Source: a virus. From it: 64,000 bases of DNA. How positions within the stretch are numbered: position 1 is the first letter of the stretch; each line of letters begins with the position of its first letter. The position numbers and the translations under genes were made by a program. The stretch lies in IMG/VR virus record IMGVR_UViG_3300025141_000021; one strand, written 5' to 3'. Below, piece by piece: positions 34,723-42,923 of the stretch. The notes below the pieces were generated by a model that saw only the letters and a program-made list of their open reading frames with translations, was not told the origin of the DNA and searched no databases.

Positions 34723-37700
34723 TTATTCTTCCTGCGCCTCGTATGCGGTAAACAGGACCCATTGGGCGCCGTCGCATATTAAGCCAACTGTTGCACCGCC
34801 ATGCGTCATCGTATAACCTAAGCCATGATTGACCAGTTCGTCATTATCACCATCAATAACAAGGTGGCTATCATTATTAGACATATTCGCAAAATGATAC
34901 ATCCTACCAGTCTTCCCAGAAACCGCAGGAAGTGATGCCGTGGCTGCGCTGGTGCCTTCAAATATGATGAAGAAGTGGTTATCGCCCACATCGATATCCA
35001 CGCTTGTTGCGGTAACTGCAGCTGACTGGGCTTTTTGAGCGTTAAACGTTCCGTGTACAAGGGAGGAGCCAGTAACAGTCATTCCAGCTTGAATTGCTAG
35101 AGTTTGAGCCTGAACGGCGGCGGATCCTGTAACATTTTGTTGCACTGTTAAACTTTGAGCAGAAAGTCCTCCAGCACCAGACATAGCAGTTGAAATGCTG
35201 AATGAGTCCGCGGTAATAGTGCCAGAAACGTTTAGCGCACCAGATACAAAAGCTGCTTTTTGAACTAGTAGGGTTCCGGTCAAATCTATACTGCTGTCGC
35301 AAACTATGCCGCCAACAACAGATAAACCGGCTGCGCCGCTGATTTGGCCATCTGTTGTTAAAGTTTGAGCAGAAAGTCCTCCAGCACCAGACATAGCAGT
35401 TAGAGATAATAATGATGTGGCTGTAGCAGCACCGGAAACATTTAGAGCACCAGATACAAAAGCTGCCTTTTGAACCAACAAGGTACCCGTCATATCTATA
35501 TTGTTTGAAATAATCAATCCACCAACGAAAATGCCCCCGACCGAAGAAGACAGGGTGCTGCCGTCAAATAGAAGATTTGCTTCACCATTAATGGTGTCGC
35601 TATCAACTGATGTTAAGATCCTATTATTTCCGTTATTATTATAATTTGCTACCGCTCCGCCGCCTCCTCCTCCAGCAAGCAAGTTTGTTGCTGAGCCGCC
35701 ATCGGTCTTGAAATACAGGACATCGCTAGTAACATATATAGCGCCATAGCCACTAGCCGGCGTTGCTGCTGCGCCTCCATCTGCTAACAATATCCCTTTA
35801 GAAGTAAGAGCGCCGGATACATTTAATGCTCCAGATACAAAGCCCGCCTTTTGGACCAATAAAGTTCCTGACATATCAATGTTACTGTCGCCAACTATGC
35901 CACCAACAACAGATAAACCGGCTGAGCCACTGATTTGTCCATCTGTTGTTAAAGTTTGAGCAGAAGCTCCTCCAGCGCCAGACATAGCAGTTAAAGAGAT
36001 TAATGATGTGACTGTGGCAGCACCGGTAACGTTTAGAGCGCCAGAAACAAAAGCTGCGCCTGAAAGTTCAAGATCGCCACTGAAACTAGCTGGGCCGGCA
36101 ATCATTAAACCAGCAGAGCTAGAAATAGTGCCAACAACAGATAATGGAGCGGTGGGTGTGTTCGTGCGGATCCCGACACGACCAGAGCCCGTTGCAAAAA
36201 GAACTGAGCCAAGGGCTTTTCCGTCGACTTCAAATAACTTTTCGCCGGCTAGTGATTCAGTTGAAGATGAAACGTGGAGGAGAGACTGAGGGGAGGCGGT
36301 GCCAATGCCGACGTAGCCGGAATCTAAAATGGTTAAATCTGTCGAGCCGTCGTCATTCTTAAAAGTGTATCCAGTATAGCCGGCCTGATTTCCTTGAAAA
36401 TCTAAAAATCCAGTGCTACTATTTCGTCCAATTTTGTAGTAGTTGATGGAGTTGCCGAGGCGCAGTTGATCGGAGGAAGCACCGCCGACAATGTCTAGGG
36501 TGGTGGCCGGGGTGTCGGTGCCTATACCGACACGGCCGGAACCGGTTACAAAGAGAACCGTTCCGTTCGTCGCGCCGTCGACCGACAGAAGCGCTTCATC
36601 CCCGGAAGAGGAAACGTGCAAGCTTGCGCTTGGGAACTGAGTACCAATGCCGACATTTCCGCCGGGTTGATCAAAGTAGTAGCCAATACCCCCCATGGTG
36701 CCAGAAATCTGGAAGTCCGTGTAGCCGTGTTGAAGGCTAATCTGATTATAACCACCGAAAGCCCCGACCGACATGTAGTAATCCGTATCGGCAACAGTAG
36801 TACCGAACCTGATCGACGGGCCATTGGCGGGCAGAAGCTCTATGACTTTTGAATCTGATTCTACAAGAAGACTGGCATCACTTATCGACCCAGAAACATG
36901 GAACTTTCTCGCAGGACTCTCGGTACCGATGCCAACTTTATCATTGCCGGCATCAACAAAAAGCATATTAGGGTTGCCGTCTGATTCTACACGGAAATCG
37001 CAGTCAACACTATCATCATTGACTACAACTTCACATGCCGTGCTATTTGCCACATCCTCGCCACCAACTGAAAGAAGGTTCTTTAGCCCCGCAGTACCAG
37101 CGGTTCCTCCCGCTAGCGCCTTAATGGTGAGTTTTCCGCCCTCATCATTATTTGTGATATCAGATGCAATTGCCTCTATTTTCACATAATCTGTTTCAGC
37201 ATCTCCACTGTCTTTACCTCTGAAGGTGACAGTACCAAGAGACATATCGTCTGCTTCGGTGTCGCTATCAGTTCTGTGGAAAGCCAATATTGGGGGTTTG
37301 TCGGTAGCAACATTGGATGTTCGAAGTTCAAGTAACGGATTTGTGTCTGCTGCCGTTGTTTCAATCAAAACAGTTTGGCCAATGCTGCTAGCTATGGCGT
37401 CATTCACAACATAGAGTGCGCGTGTGCCGACGGCTTCGGAAGCATCGTTTGTGATTTGCATCAGTGTTCTGCTGCTAGTATCGTCCGAGTTTGAAGTTAT
37501 ATTAAATGCTTTGCCTGATGTTAGCGAGTCGGCCTGTATACCAGCGATGGTAGAGGCTGCGGCGGCTGTGTTGATAACCAAGCCATTCGAAGTAACATTA
37601 CCTGACACATTTAGAGCACCGGATATAAAACCTGCCTTTTGGACAAGCAAGGTGCCTGATATATCGGCATTCTTTGAAACATTTATCCCAGTCTCGTTAG

Positions 37701-38922
37701 AAGTAAATCCAGAGCCACTAATTTTATTAGTTACTGAGAAAGCTCCGTGGTGAACGCTGGAACCAGTGATGGTCATGCCAGCTTGAATTGCTAAAGTTTG
37801 CGCTTGTACAGCCGCGGCTCCTGTAACATTTTGCTGTACTGTTAGGCTTTGGCCAGATATTCCACCAGCACCAGACATAGCGGTTGTAGATATCAATGCT
37901 GTAGCTGTTGCGGCGCCGGTTACATTTAGTGCACCAGATATAAATAATGATTCACCAATTATAACATCAGCAGCCATGCTTGCGGCGCCGGTTACATTAA
38001 GTGCGCCTGAAAGTAAAAGACTGCCATCAGAAAGGATGGAGCCAGTGCTATTAACTGCTTTGGCTGTTACTGCGCCGGTTACATTTAGAGCACCAGAAAC
38101 AAAAGCTGACTCACCGATTATAACATCAGCAGCCAAGCTTGCGGCGCCGGTTACATTTAGTGCGCCTGAAAGGAGAAGTCCACCATAAATCTGTGCTGAG
38201 CCGCTAGTGTGAACATTACCAGTAACGTTAAGTGCTTTGTTCAAAGACATAGCACTTTCAGCATGGCCCCAAACAAACCGCGCTTCATCACCCGGAGGGC
38301 CAGAGGAAGTTCCGCCAATTTGCATGCCACCACCAGCCGCGTTGGCAGAAGTAGTGCCAGAAGCGACGAGAATCAATTTGTCTACAACCTCTAAAGTTGT
38401 TTCAGTAACTGTTACGCTGTTAATATTGGTAACGTCAAGTTCTGTGAAATATCCATGAGTTGCGGTAATAGTTCCCGTTACATTTAATGCGCCAGAAATG
38501 AAAGCCGATTCATTAACAATGAGATCAGAAGCCAGGGTAGTGGTTCCAGTTACATTTAGCGCACCAGAAACAAGAAGGCTTCCATCGGAACGGAATGCGC
38601 CAGTGGTGGTAACTCCCTTGGAGGTTATGGCGCCAGTTACATTTAGCGCGCCAGAAACAAAGACAGATTTATCAACTTCTAAAGTGCCAGAAGTCGCTAC
38701 ATTAGAACTAAAATCAATGAGACCGCCGACATTTAAGCCATACGAGCCAGACAGTTTGCCTTTAAGCGCAAGTACAGTGCCAGAACCGCCAGAAGAGCCT
38801 GTCGTTAGGGTAAAGTCGGAACTACCTGAAAATACATCGTAAGTTCTATATTGTACTGATTTATGAGGCCCGCCGGCTGAACTGGTTCCGTTCGAATCTA
38901 TGTATGCCCAGCTTAATGTCAT
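34723..38922 (-). CDS. 1399-aa Gly/Ser/Ala-rich fibre protein with internal repeats
   Basis: 12 copies of SGALNV(T/S)G, several VGIGT..P...L(H/D)V fibre repeats and duplicated blocks. Confidence 0.8.
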   Translation of the reverse strand: MTLSWAYIDSNGTSSAGGPHKSVQYRTYDVFSGSSDFTLTTGSSGGSGTVLALKGKLSGSYGLNVGGLIDFSSNVATSGTLEVDKSVFVSGALNVTGAITSKGVTTTGAFRSDGSLLVSGALNVTGTTTLASDLIVNESAFISGALNVTGTITATHGYFTELDVTNINSVTVTETTLEVVDKLILVASGTTSANAAGGGMQIGGTSSGPPGDEARFVWGHAESAMSLNKALNVTGNVHTSGSAQIYGGLLLSGALNVTGAASLAADVIIGESAFVSGALNVTGAVTAKAVNSTGSILSDGSLLLSGALNVTGAASMAADVIIGESLFISGALNVTGAATATALISTTAMSGAGGISGQSLTVQQNVTGAAAVQAQTLAIQAGMTITGSSVHHGAFSVTNKISGSGFTSNETGINVSKNADISGTLLVQKAGFISGALNVSGNVTSNGLVINTAAAASTIAGIQADSLTSGKAFNITSNSDDTSSRTLMQITNDASEAVGTRALYVVNDAIASSIGQTVLIETTAADTNPLLELRTSNVATDKPPILAFHRTDSDTEADDMSLGTVTFRGKDSGDAETDYVKIEAIASDITNNDEGGKLTIKALAGGTAGTAGLKNLLSVGGEDVANSTACEVVVNDDSVDCDFRVESDGNPNMLFVDAGNDKVGIGTESPARKFHVSGSISDASLLVESDSKVIELLPANGPSIRFGTTVADTDYYMSVGAFGGYNQISLQHGYTDFQISGTMGGIGYYFDQPGGNVGIGTQFPSASLHVSSSGDEALLSVDGATNGTVLFVTGSGRVGIGTDTPATTLDIVGGASSDQLRLGNSINYYKIGRNSSTGFLDFQGNQAGYTGYTFKNDDGSTDLTILDSGYVGIGTASPQSLLHVSSSTESLAGEKLFEVDGKALGSVLFATGSGRVGIRTNTPTAPLSVVGTISSSAGLMIAGPASFSGDLELSGAAFVSGALNVTGAATVTSLISLTAMSGAGGASAQTLTTDGQISGSAGLSVVGGIVGDSNIDMSGTLLVQKAGFVSGALNVSGALTSKGILLADGGAAATPASGYGAIYVTSDVLYFKTDGGSATNLLAGGGGGGAVANYNNNGNNRILTSVDSDTINGEANLLFDGSTLSSSVGGIFVGGLIISNNIDMTGTLLVQKAAFVSGALNVSGAATATSLLSLTAMSGAGGLSAQTLTTDGQISGAAGLSVVGGIVCDSSIDLTGTLLVQKAAFVSGALNVSGTITADSFSISTAMSGAGGLSAQSLTVQQNVTGSAAVQAQTLAIQAGMTVTGSSLVHGTFNAQKAQSAAVTATSVDIDVGDNHFFIIFEGTSAATASLPAVSGKTGRMYHFANMSNNDSHLVIDGDNDELVNHGLGYTMTHGGATVGLICDGAQWVLFTAYEAQEE

Positions 38923-38938
38923 ATATCATTCCTCATTC

Positions 38939-39385
38939 CTAGCTCGTCGGCGGCGTTATCTGATAATAGTAATATGCTACCCTCACAACACCGGCGCTCG
39001 GGGTAGCATTGTGTGTTATTACTAGATCTGTAGCCGAATGAAAAGTAATATTGCCGCCGCCGCCGGTGACGGCTGTACTATCTGCTGCTTCAATTTCGCC
39101 ATCTCCGAAATCCTGGTTGCCGTCGGCTGAGCCGGCAAATTGATTTGCATTATTCGTATGGCCAATCTTTTTTATAAATGCATTATTAGTAATTGCAGTA
39201 GTGACCCTGATACTAATTGCAACCGGAACGCTATTAGCAGGAAAAAAGTTGCTATCCTCGGTCGTTGCGTCACTAGTGCTACAGGTAATTTCCTCTTCCT
39301 TGACCCTTAACGCGCAAACAGATCCATTATCTGTAGAAAGATCTCCGCCTGAACCAAATTTATTTCCACCTGAACCAAAAGCCAT
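38939..39385 (-). CDS. Putative capsid decoration / fibre-attachment beta-sandwich protein
   Basis: Beta-rich 148-aa protein ending GVVRVAYYYYQIT; lies in the head module upstream of the fibre gene. Confidence 0.5.
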   Translation of the reverse strand: MAFGSGGNKFGSGGDLSTDNGSVCALRVKEEEITCSTSDATTEDSNFFPANSVPVAISIRVTTAITNNAFIKKIGHTNNANQFAGSADGNQDFGDGEIEAADSTAVTGGGGNITFHSATDLVITHNATPSAGVVRVAYYYYQITPPTS

Positions 39386-39388
39386 ATC

Positions 39389-39832
39389 TTATATCTCCGG
39401 TACCGTTAGGGCACCATCCTGAAGGGGGCCAACCGAAGTTAGTCCGGATCCAGTAAGTCCAAACATTGAGCCGGTATGAATTCTTGTTAATTCAGCCGCG
39501 ATTCTATAACTAGCGTTTCCGCCATTACCCGCGGGTGCAGAAATATAAATCTCAGAACATTTAACATTAAACGTGAAAGAGTCTTCATCACTATCCAGTT
39601 CAACATAGTGTAGGCCGTTGACGACATGTCCAGAGCTGGTTGAATTAAAGTGAACTCTTATATCGTTAGCACTATGATTTATAACCGTTACGGATCTCGC
39701 AACAAATGGGAATCCGTATCTATATTCTTGACCCGCACCAAGCGCTGCGGAACCGGTAATAAACGGTACACCCGATACTTGATAAGATCCTACATTGTTA
39801 AGGCCGACGCCATATGATTTCCATTCCGACAT
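39389..39832 (-). CDS. Putative virion protein (147 aa)
   Basis: Own late motif (39863-39870); beta-rich, GS-containing sequence. Confidence 0.55.
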   Translation of the reverse strand: MSEWKSYGVGLNNVGSYQVSGVPFITGSAALGAGQEYRYGFPFVARSVTVINHSANDIRVHFNSTSSGHVVNGLHYVELDSDEDSFTFNVKCSEIYISAPAGNGGNASYRIAAELTRIHTGSMFGLTGSGLTSVGPLQDGALTVPEI

Positions 39833-39862
39833 TTATAATTCTCCAATAATCTTCATCTATTC

Positions 39863-39870
39863 TAAATAGT
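39863..39870 (-). promoter_or_regulatory. Putative late promoter ACTATTTA
   Basis: Intergenic motif upstream of the GGAG RBS. Confidence 0.55.
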
Positions 39871-39889
39871 TGCTTTTTCTAGAAAGAGC

Positions 39890-40093
39890 CTATTGTTGTT
39901 TCTCCTGATATCGACGAGAATTCTCTTTTCTTCTTTTTCTCATTCTTTTTCTTTTAACAGAAGGCTTTTCATAACGCATATGCTCTTTCGCAGCTTCTAG
40001 TATTCGCTTCTTTTTAACCTTTTTCGTGAATCTCCTGATTAATTTCTCTGGGTGTTCTCCGCGGTGCGCTCGTACAACAATATTAACAGCCAT
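39890..40093 (-). CDS. rpsU: Ribosomal protein bS21 (67 aa; start reassigned to MAVNIVV)
   Basis: VNIVVR...EHPEKLIRRFTKKVKKKRIL.....HMRYEKPSVKRKR matches bS21; ATG 1 nt after the upstream TAG. Confidence 0.88.
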   Translation of the reverse strand: MAVNIVVRAHRGEHPEKLIRRFTKKVKKKRILEAAKEHMRYEKPSVKRKRMRKRRKENSRRYQEKQQ

Positions 40094-40094
40094 T

Positions 40095-40526
40095 CTACGC
40101 CAATTCTTTCCACTTCCCACCAGAAATATTCATAATCCCACTTATGTCTACTCCTGAATCTCCCGGATCAATACCAGTCAATGGGCCGCCAGGGGCTGCA
40201 GCCTGACCAGGCCGGCCGGCGCCGGGTGTAGGAGTTGTGTTTTCAAATAAATCAACTCCATTAAAAGCATCTTTGCCAATTACATCCAGCATCTTTCGCC
40301 TTGTCTCTGTTAACTTTTGTTTTATTTCTCTCTTTTCTTTCGTTCTTTCAACTGGTTTGTTTGTAGCTACAGTAGGGGCCGCAACTTGTTCAACAAGTGG
40401 AGCCGCTCCTATTCCTTTAACCACTTCTGCAATAATTCCAGACAATGCACCTTCTTCGAAAATTACTTCTTTGATGCATTCTTTAATCAGTGGTTTTAAA
40501 ACTTTCTTAAGTTCTTCACGCTTCAT
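40095..40526 (-). CDS. Hypothetical 143-aa protein with leader-like N-terminus
   Basis: MKREELKKVLKPLIKECIKEVIFEE; coupled between the protease and bS21 genes. Confidence 0.75.
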   Translation of the reverse strand: MKREELKKVLKPLIKECIKEVIFEEGALSGIIAEVVKGIGAAPLVEQVAAPTVATNKPVERTKEKREIKQKLTETRRKMLDVIGKDAFNGVDLFENTTPTPGAGRPGQAAAPGGPLTGIDPGDSGVDISGIMNISGGKWKELA

Positions 40527-40528
40527 AA

Positions 40529-41134
40529 TTACCTTTCAGTATTTCTCAAAATATCATTTAACGCACGGTTAATACGATCTGCCTTTGTAAAAATATTTGG
40601 CTCTTTGCTTTCTTTCATCATAAACGCACCAGTCGTTGAAGGCTCAGAAACAAAGTCGAAACATATTAATTGAAAATCATCTTCAACTATTGTTTGCCCA
40701 TTACTTTCTTGTACAGAACCCATCCCGCGAGAGGAGATACCCAACTTAACGCCGGAACTAACAAGCTCTTTTAAAACTTTTCCAGAAGGCGTATTAAGAA
40801 CCTGAACTTTTCCCATTACATCTTTGCCGTCCCACCAAACTTCAGTAACAAGGTGTGACGCATTCTTAAGATTGATGACAGAGTCTTCGGGATGGTCTAA
40901 CTCTCCCAAAGCTCTGCGTTCTTTAACAAGTTTATCATAATTTTGCATTTCCCTCATAAGAATTTTATGAGGATATATCCGACCATTTCCATTTTGCACA
41001 TCAGATCGTTGCATAATTCCGGAAAGAATCGTACCACCATTAGCGACAAATGCCTTCTCGTGCTCGGTTAGCAAGTCTTGACATACTCCACCTTCACAAA
41101 GTTCATAATATTCAGTTAATAATAACTTGGGCAT
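40529..41134 (-). CDS. gp21: Prohead protease (T4 gp21-like)
   Basis: NGNGRIYP, LGELDHP, SHLVT, TPSGK, LGISSRGMGS and FDFVSEPST.GA. Confidence 0.95.
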   Translation of the reverse strand: MPKLLLTEYYELCEGGVCQDLLTEHEKAFVANGGTILSGIMQRSDVQNGNGRIYPHKILMREMQNYDKLVKERRALGELDHPEDSVINLKNASHLVTEVWWDGKDVMGKVQVLNTPSGKVLKELVSSGVKLGISSRGMGSVQESNGQTIVEDDFQLICFDFVSEPSTTGAFMMKESKEPNIFTKADRINRALNDILRNTER

Positions 41135-41136
41135 AG

Positions 41137-41187
41137 TCAAGAACCTTTACAACAATGCCGTACTGGCTGTAACATCCATTTTTTCAT
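41137..41187 (-). CDS. 16-aa micro-ORF MKKWMLQPVRHCCKGS
   Basis: Late motif, then GGAGG RBS, then ATG; its TGA is 2 nt before the protease ATG. Confidence 0.5.
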   Translation of the reverse strand: MKKWMLQPVRHCCKGS

Positions 41188-41205
41188 AGCAACACACCTC
41201 CAAAC

Positions 41206-41214
41206 ATAAATAGT
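41206..41214 (-). promoter_or_regulatory. Putative late promoter ACTATTTAT (micro-ORF/protease/bS21 unit)
   Basis: Intergenic motif. Confidence 0.6.
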
Positions 41215-41222
41215 TTTTGATA

Positions 41223-41528
41223 TCAAGAATCTCCATTTAATTTCAAATTAAAACCATCATCTGTGAAAAGCATGCACAACGCGTAAGAAGTACCAGAACT
41301 TAGACATGACATAATAAAATAATCTGTAATTTCGGGATCTAAGTACAGAAATGATGAATACTTAAATAACATTAAAATAACCCACCCCACGTGAAAACCA
41401 ATACACATTGGGCAGTGAAAAAAGCCACCAAAATATTTCTTGGGCGGCCTTATTGCGTTAAAGATTGAGCCATACACTAGAATTTGTGTAAGGCCATAAC
41501 AACAAAGTACGAAAGATATTAGCCACAC
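41223..41528 (-). CDS. Small membrane protein with CxxC (DUF1360-like); 101 aa, GTG start
   Basis: Hydrophobic helices and FFHCPMCIGFHVGW; GTG 1 nt after the upstream TAA. Confidence 0.7.
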   Translation of the reverse strand: MWLISFVLCCYGLTQILVYGSIFNAIRPPKKYFGGFFHCPMCIGFHVGWVILMLFKYSSFLYLDPEITDYFIMSCLSSGTSYALCMLFTDDGFNLKLNGDS

Positions 41529-41529
41529 A

Positions 41530-42099
41530 TTATGCTCTGTACATTCTGGTGTGCGCGTATGGGGTGCGGATCCACCCGGGGCGCAAAGAGCCCTTTGTTT
41601 CACCGTGTGGTACTTCGCCTAGCTCTGTTGATTCTTCTTCTTCCGGATCGGTCAAATAATCTTTAAAGTCATCCAGATGATCCTCAACTTCTCCAAAATA
41701 TGGACGCTCAAGATCAAGAAATTTTGATATTGTTAAAAGAACAACCTGTACTGGATCAACCCCTTCCGAAGCAGCATCTGGATATTCTGCCTCTATCGAT
41801 CCATATATATTCCCGCCTTGAATTGAGCCTAGCTTAATAGCTCCTCTTTTGTTCATAAAATCAAAAAGGCGATCTTGTGCGTTATAAACATGATCTCCCA
41901 TAACGGTTTTAGGAAAAGCCAAGATCTTATTCTTGTTTGGTATGATTACAATATCCAGCATATCGTGATCAAAAATGACTACGTTTCCTTCAAGCGTCTT
42001 GCGCGCATTTAATACAATTGAAGTTTGTACTTTTTTTTCGGCGGCTTCGGCTTCAGCTGCTTCAGCAGCAGCACCAATTTTGATTGTGATATCCGGCAT
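41530..42099 (-). CDS. Hypothetical 189-aa protein (possible prohead core component)
   Basis: Acidic; located between portal and protease. Confidence 0.65.
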   Translation of the reverse strand: MPDITIKIGAAAEAAEAEAAEKKVQTSIVLNARKTLEGNVVIFDHDMLDIVIIPNKNKILAFPKTVMGDHVYNAQDRLFDFMNKRGAIKLGSIQGGNIYGSIEAEYPDAASEGVDPVQVVLLTISKFLDLERPYFGEVEDHLDDFKDYLTDPEEEESTELGEVPHGETKGSLRPGWIRTPYAHTRMYRA

Positions 42100-42923
42100 T
42101 AGTTTTTGATCTCATTGGCTAAACTTTGAATTTTTAGCACCTTTTTAATTATATCGCGAGAAACTATTTGGCTCTTAAAGCCTTCTAGAAGATCGATTAC
42201 GCTTTTGGTTTTTTTAATCATCTCGGGATCATCTTTAATTTCTTCGTTTTTAATTGACTCGGAGATACAATCTTTTAATCGGCCAATCTCCTCATTTAGA
42301 TAAACTTTAAGGCCAATGCCGTTATCATTAAACGACATAATATACTCTTTGAGTAGTTTGTTTTGCTCGCTAAGTAAGCCCTTATAGGCCTGATTAAACT
42401 TATCTACAAACGTGTTATAAACGATGTTGTCAACTGGCTCAAGACCTTCTCCACCGGGCGCCTTTTTCGCTATCATTTTTTTAATCATAGATTCTTCTAA
42501 AACAACACGTTTCCTAACCGTGGTTCTGTTGCTAAAAATCTGCGATATCGTTGCTAAATTTTTATAGTTCGGGATGAAATTGGAGAACACTGATGGGGAT
42601 AGCTTTTTATTGATATCGTTTATAATTGCAGTCTGCTCATCAAATAAGCCTTCTTCTGAAAAACCCTCGCCAAAGCGAGCACATTTAACTTCATGTAAAA
42701 GTTTTTCCGCAATATATTGATTCACCTCCCTTGTCTCATGCAGAATATTATATAACTCCATTTCTCGCGCAAGCATGCTGCCTTTCTTAAAATGAGTTCT
42801 AACCATTTCTAGTATGCTGTCTTTTCGTTTGCTGTTCTTTTCAACTACAGCTTTCGTCAATTCCCTGATTAACGTTTCATATAAAAACAGACTATTTCTC
42901 TTCTTATTATGTTTCATCTTCAT
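42099..42923 (-). CDS. Hypothetical 274-aa helical protein (possible prohead core component)
   Basis: Overlaps the portal stop; many L/I-x-E sites. Confidence 0.7.
   Translation of the reverse strand: MKMKHNKKRNSLFLYETLIRELTKAVVEKNSKRKDSILEMVRTHFKKGSMLAREMELYNILHETREVNQYIAEKLLHEVKCARFGEGFSEEGLFDEQTAIINDINKKLSPSVFSNFIPNYKNLATISQIFSNRTTVRKRVVLEESMIKKMIAKKAPGGEGLEPVDNIVYNTFVDKFNQAYKGLLSEQNKLLKEYIMSFNDNGIGLKVYLNEEIGRLKDCISESIKNEEIKDDPEMIKKTKSVIDLLEGFKSQIVSRDIIKKVLKIQSLANEIKN

Noticed and set aside
4564-41603. Long 5' extensions given by the track for NTase, RecA, gp15-like, bS21, protease, the DUF1360-like gene and GroES
   Set aside because: The extensions overlap upstream genes; downstream starts have RBS or stop-start coupling and match family N-termini.
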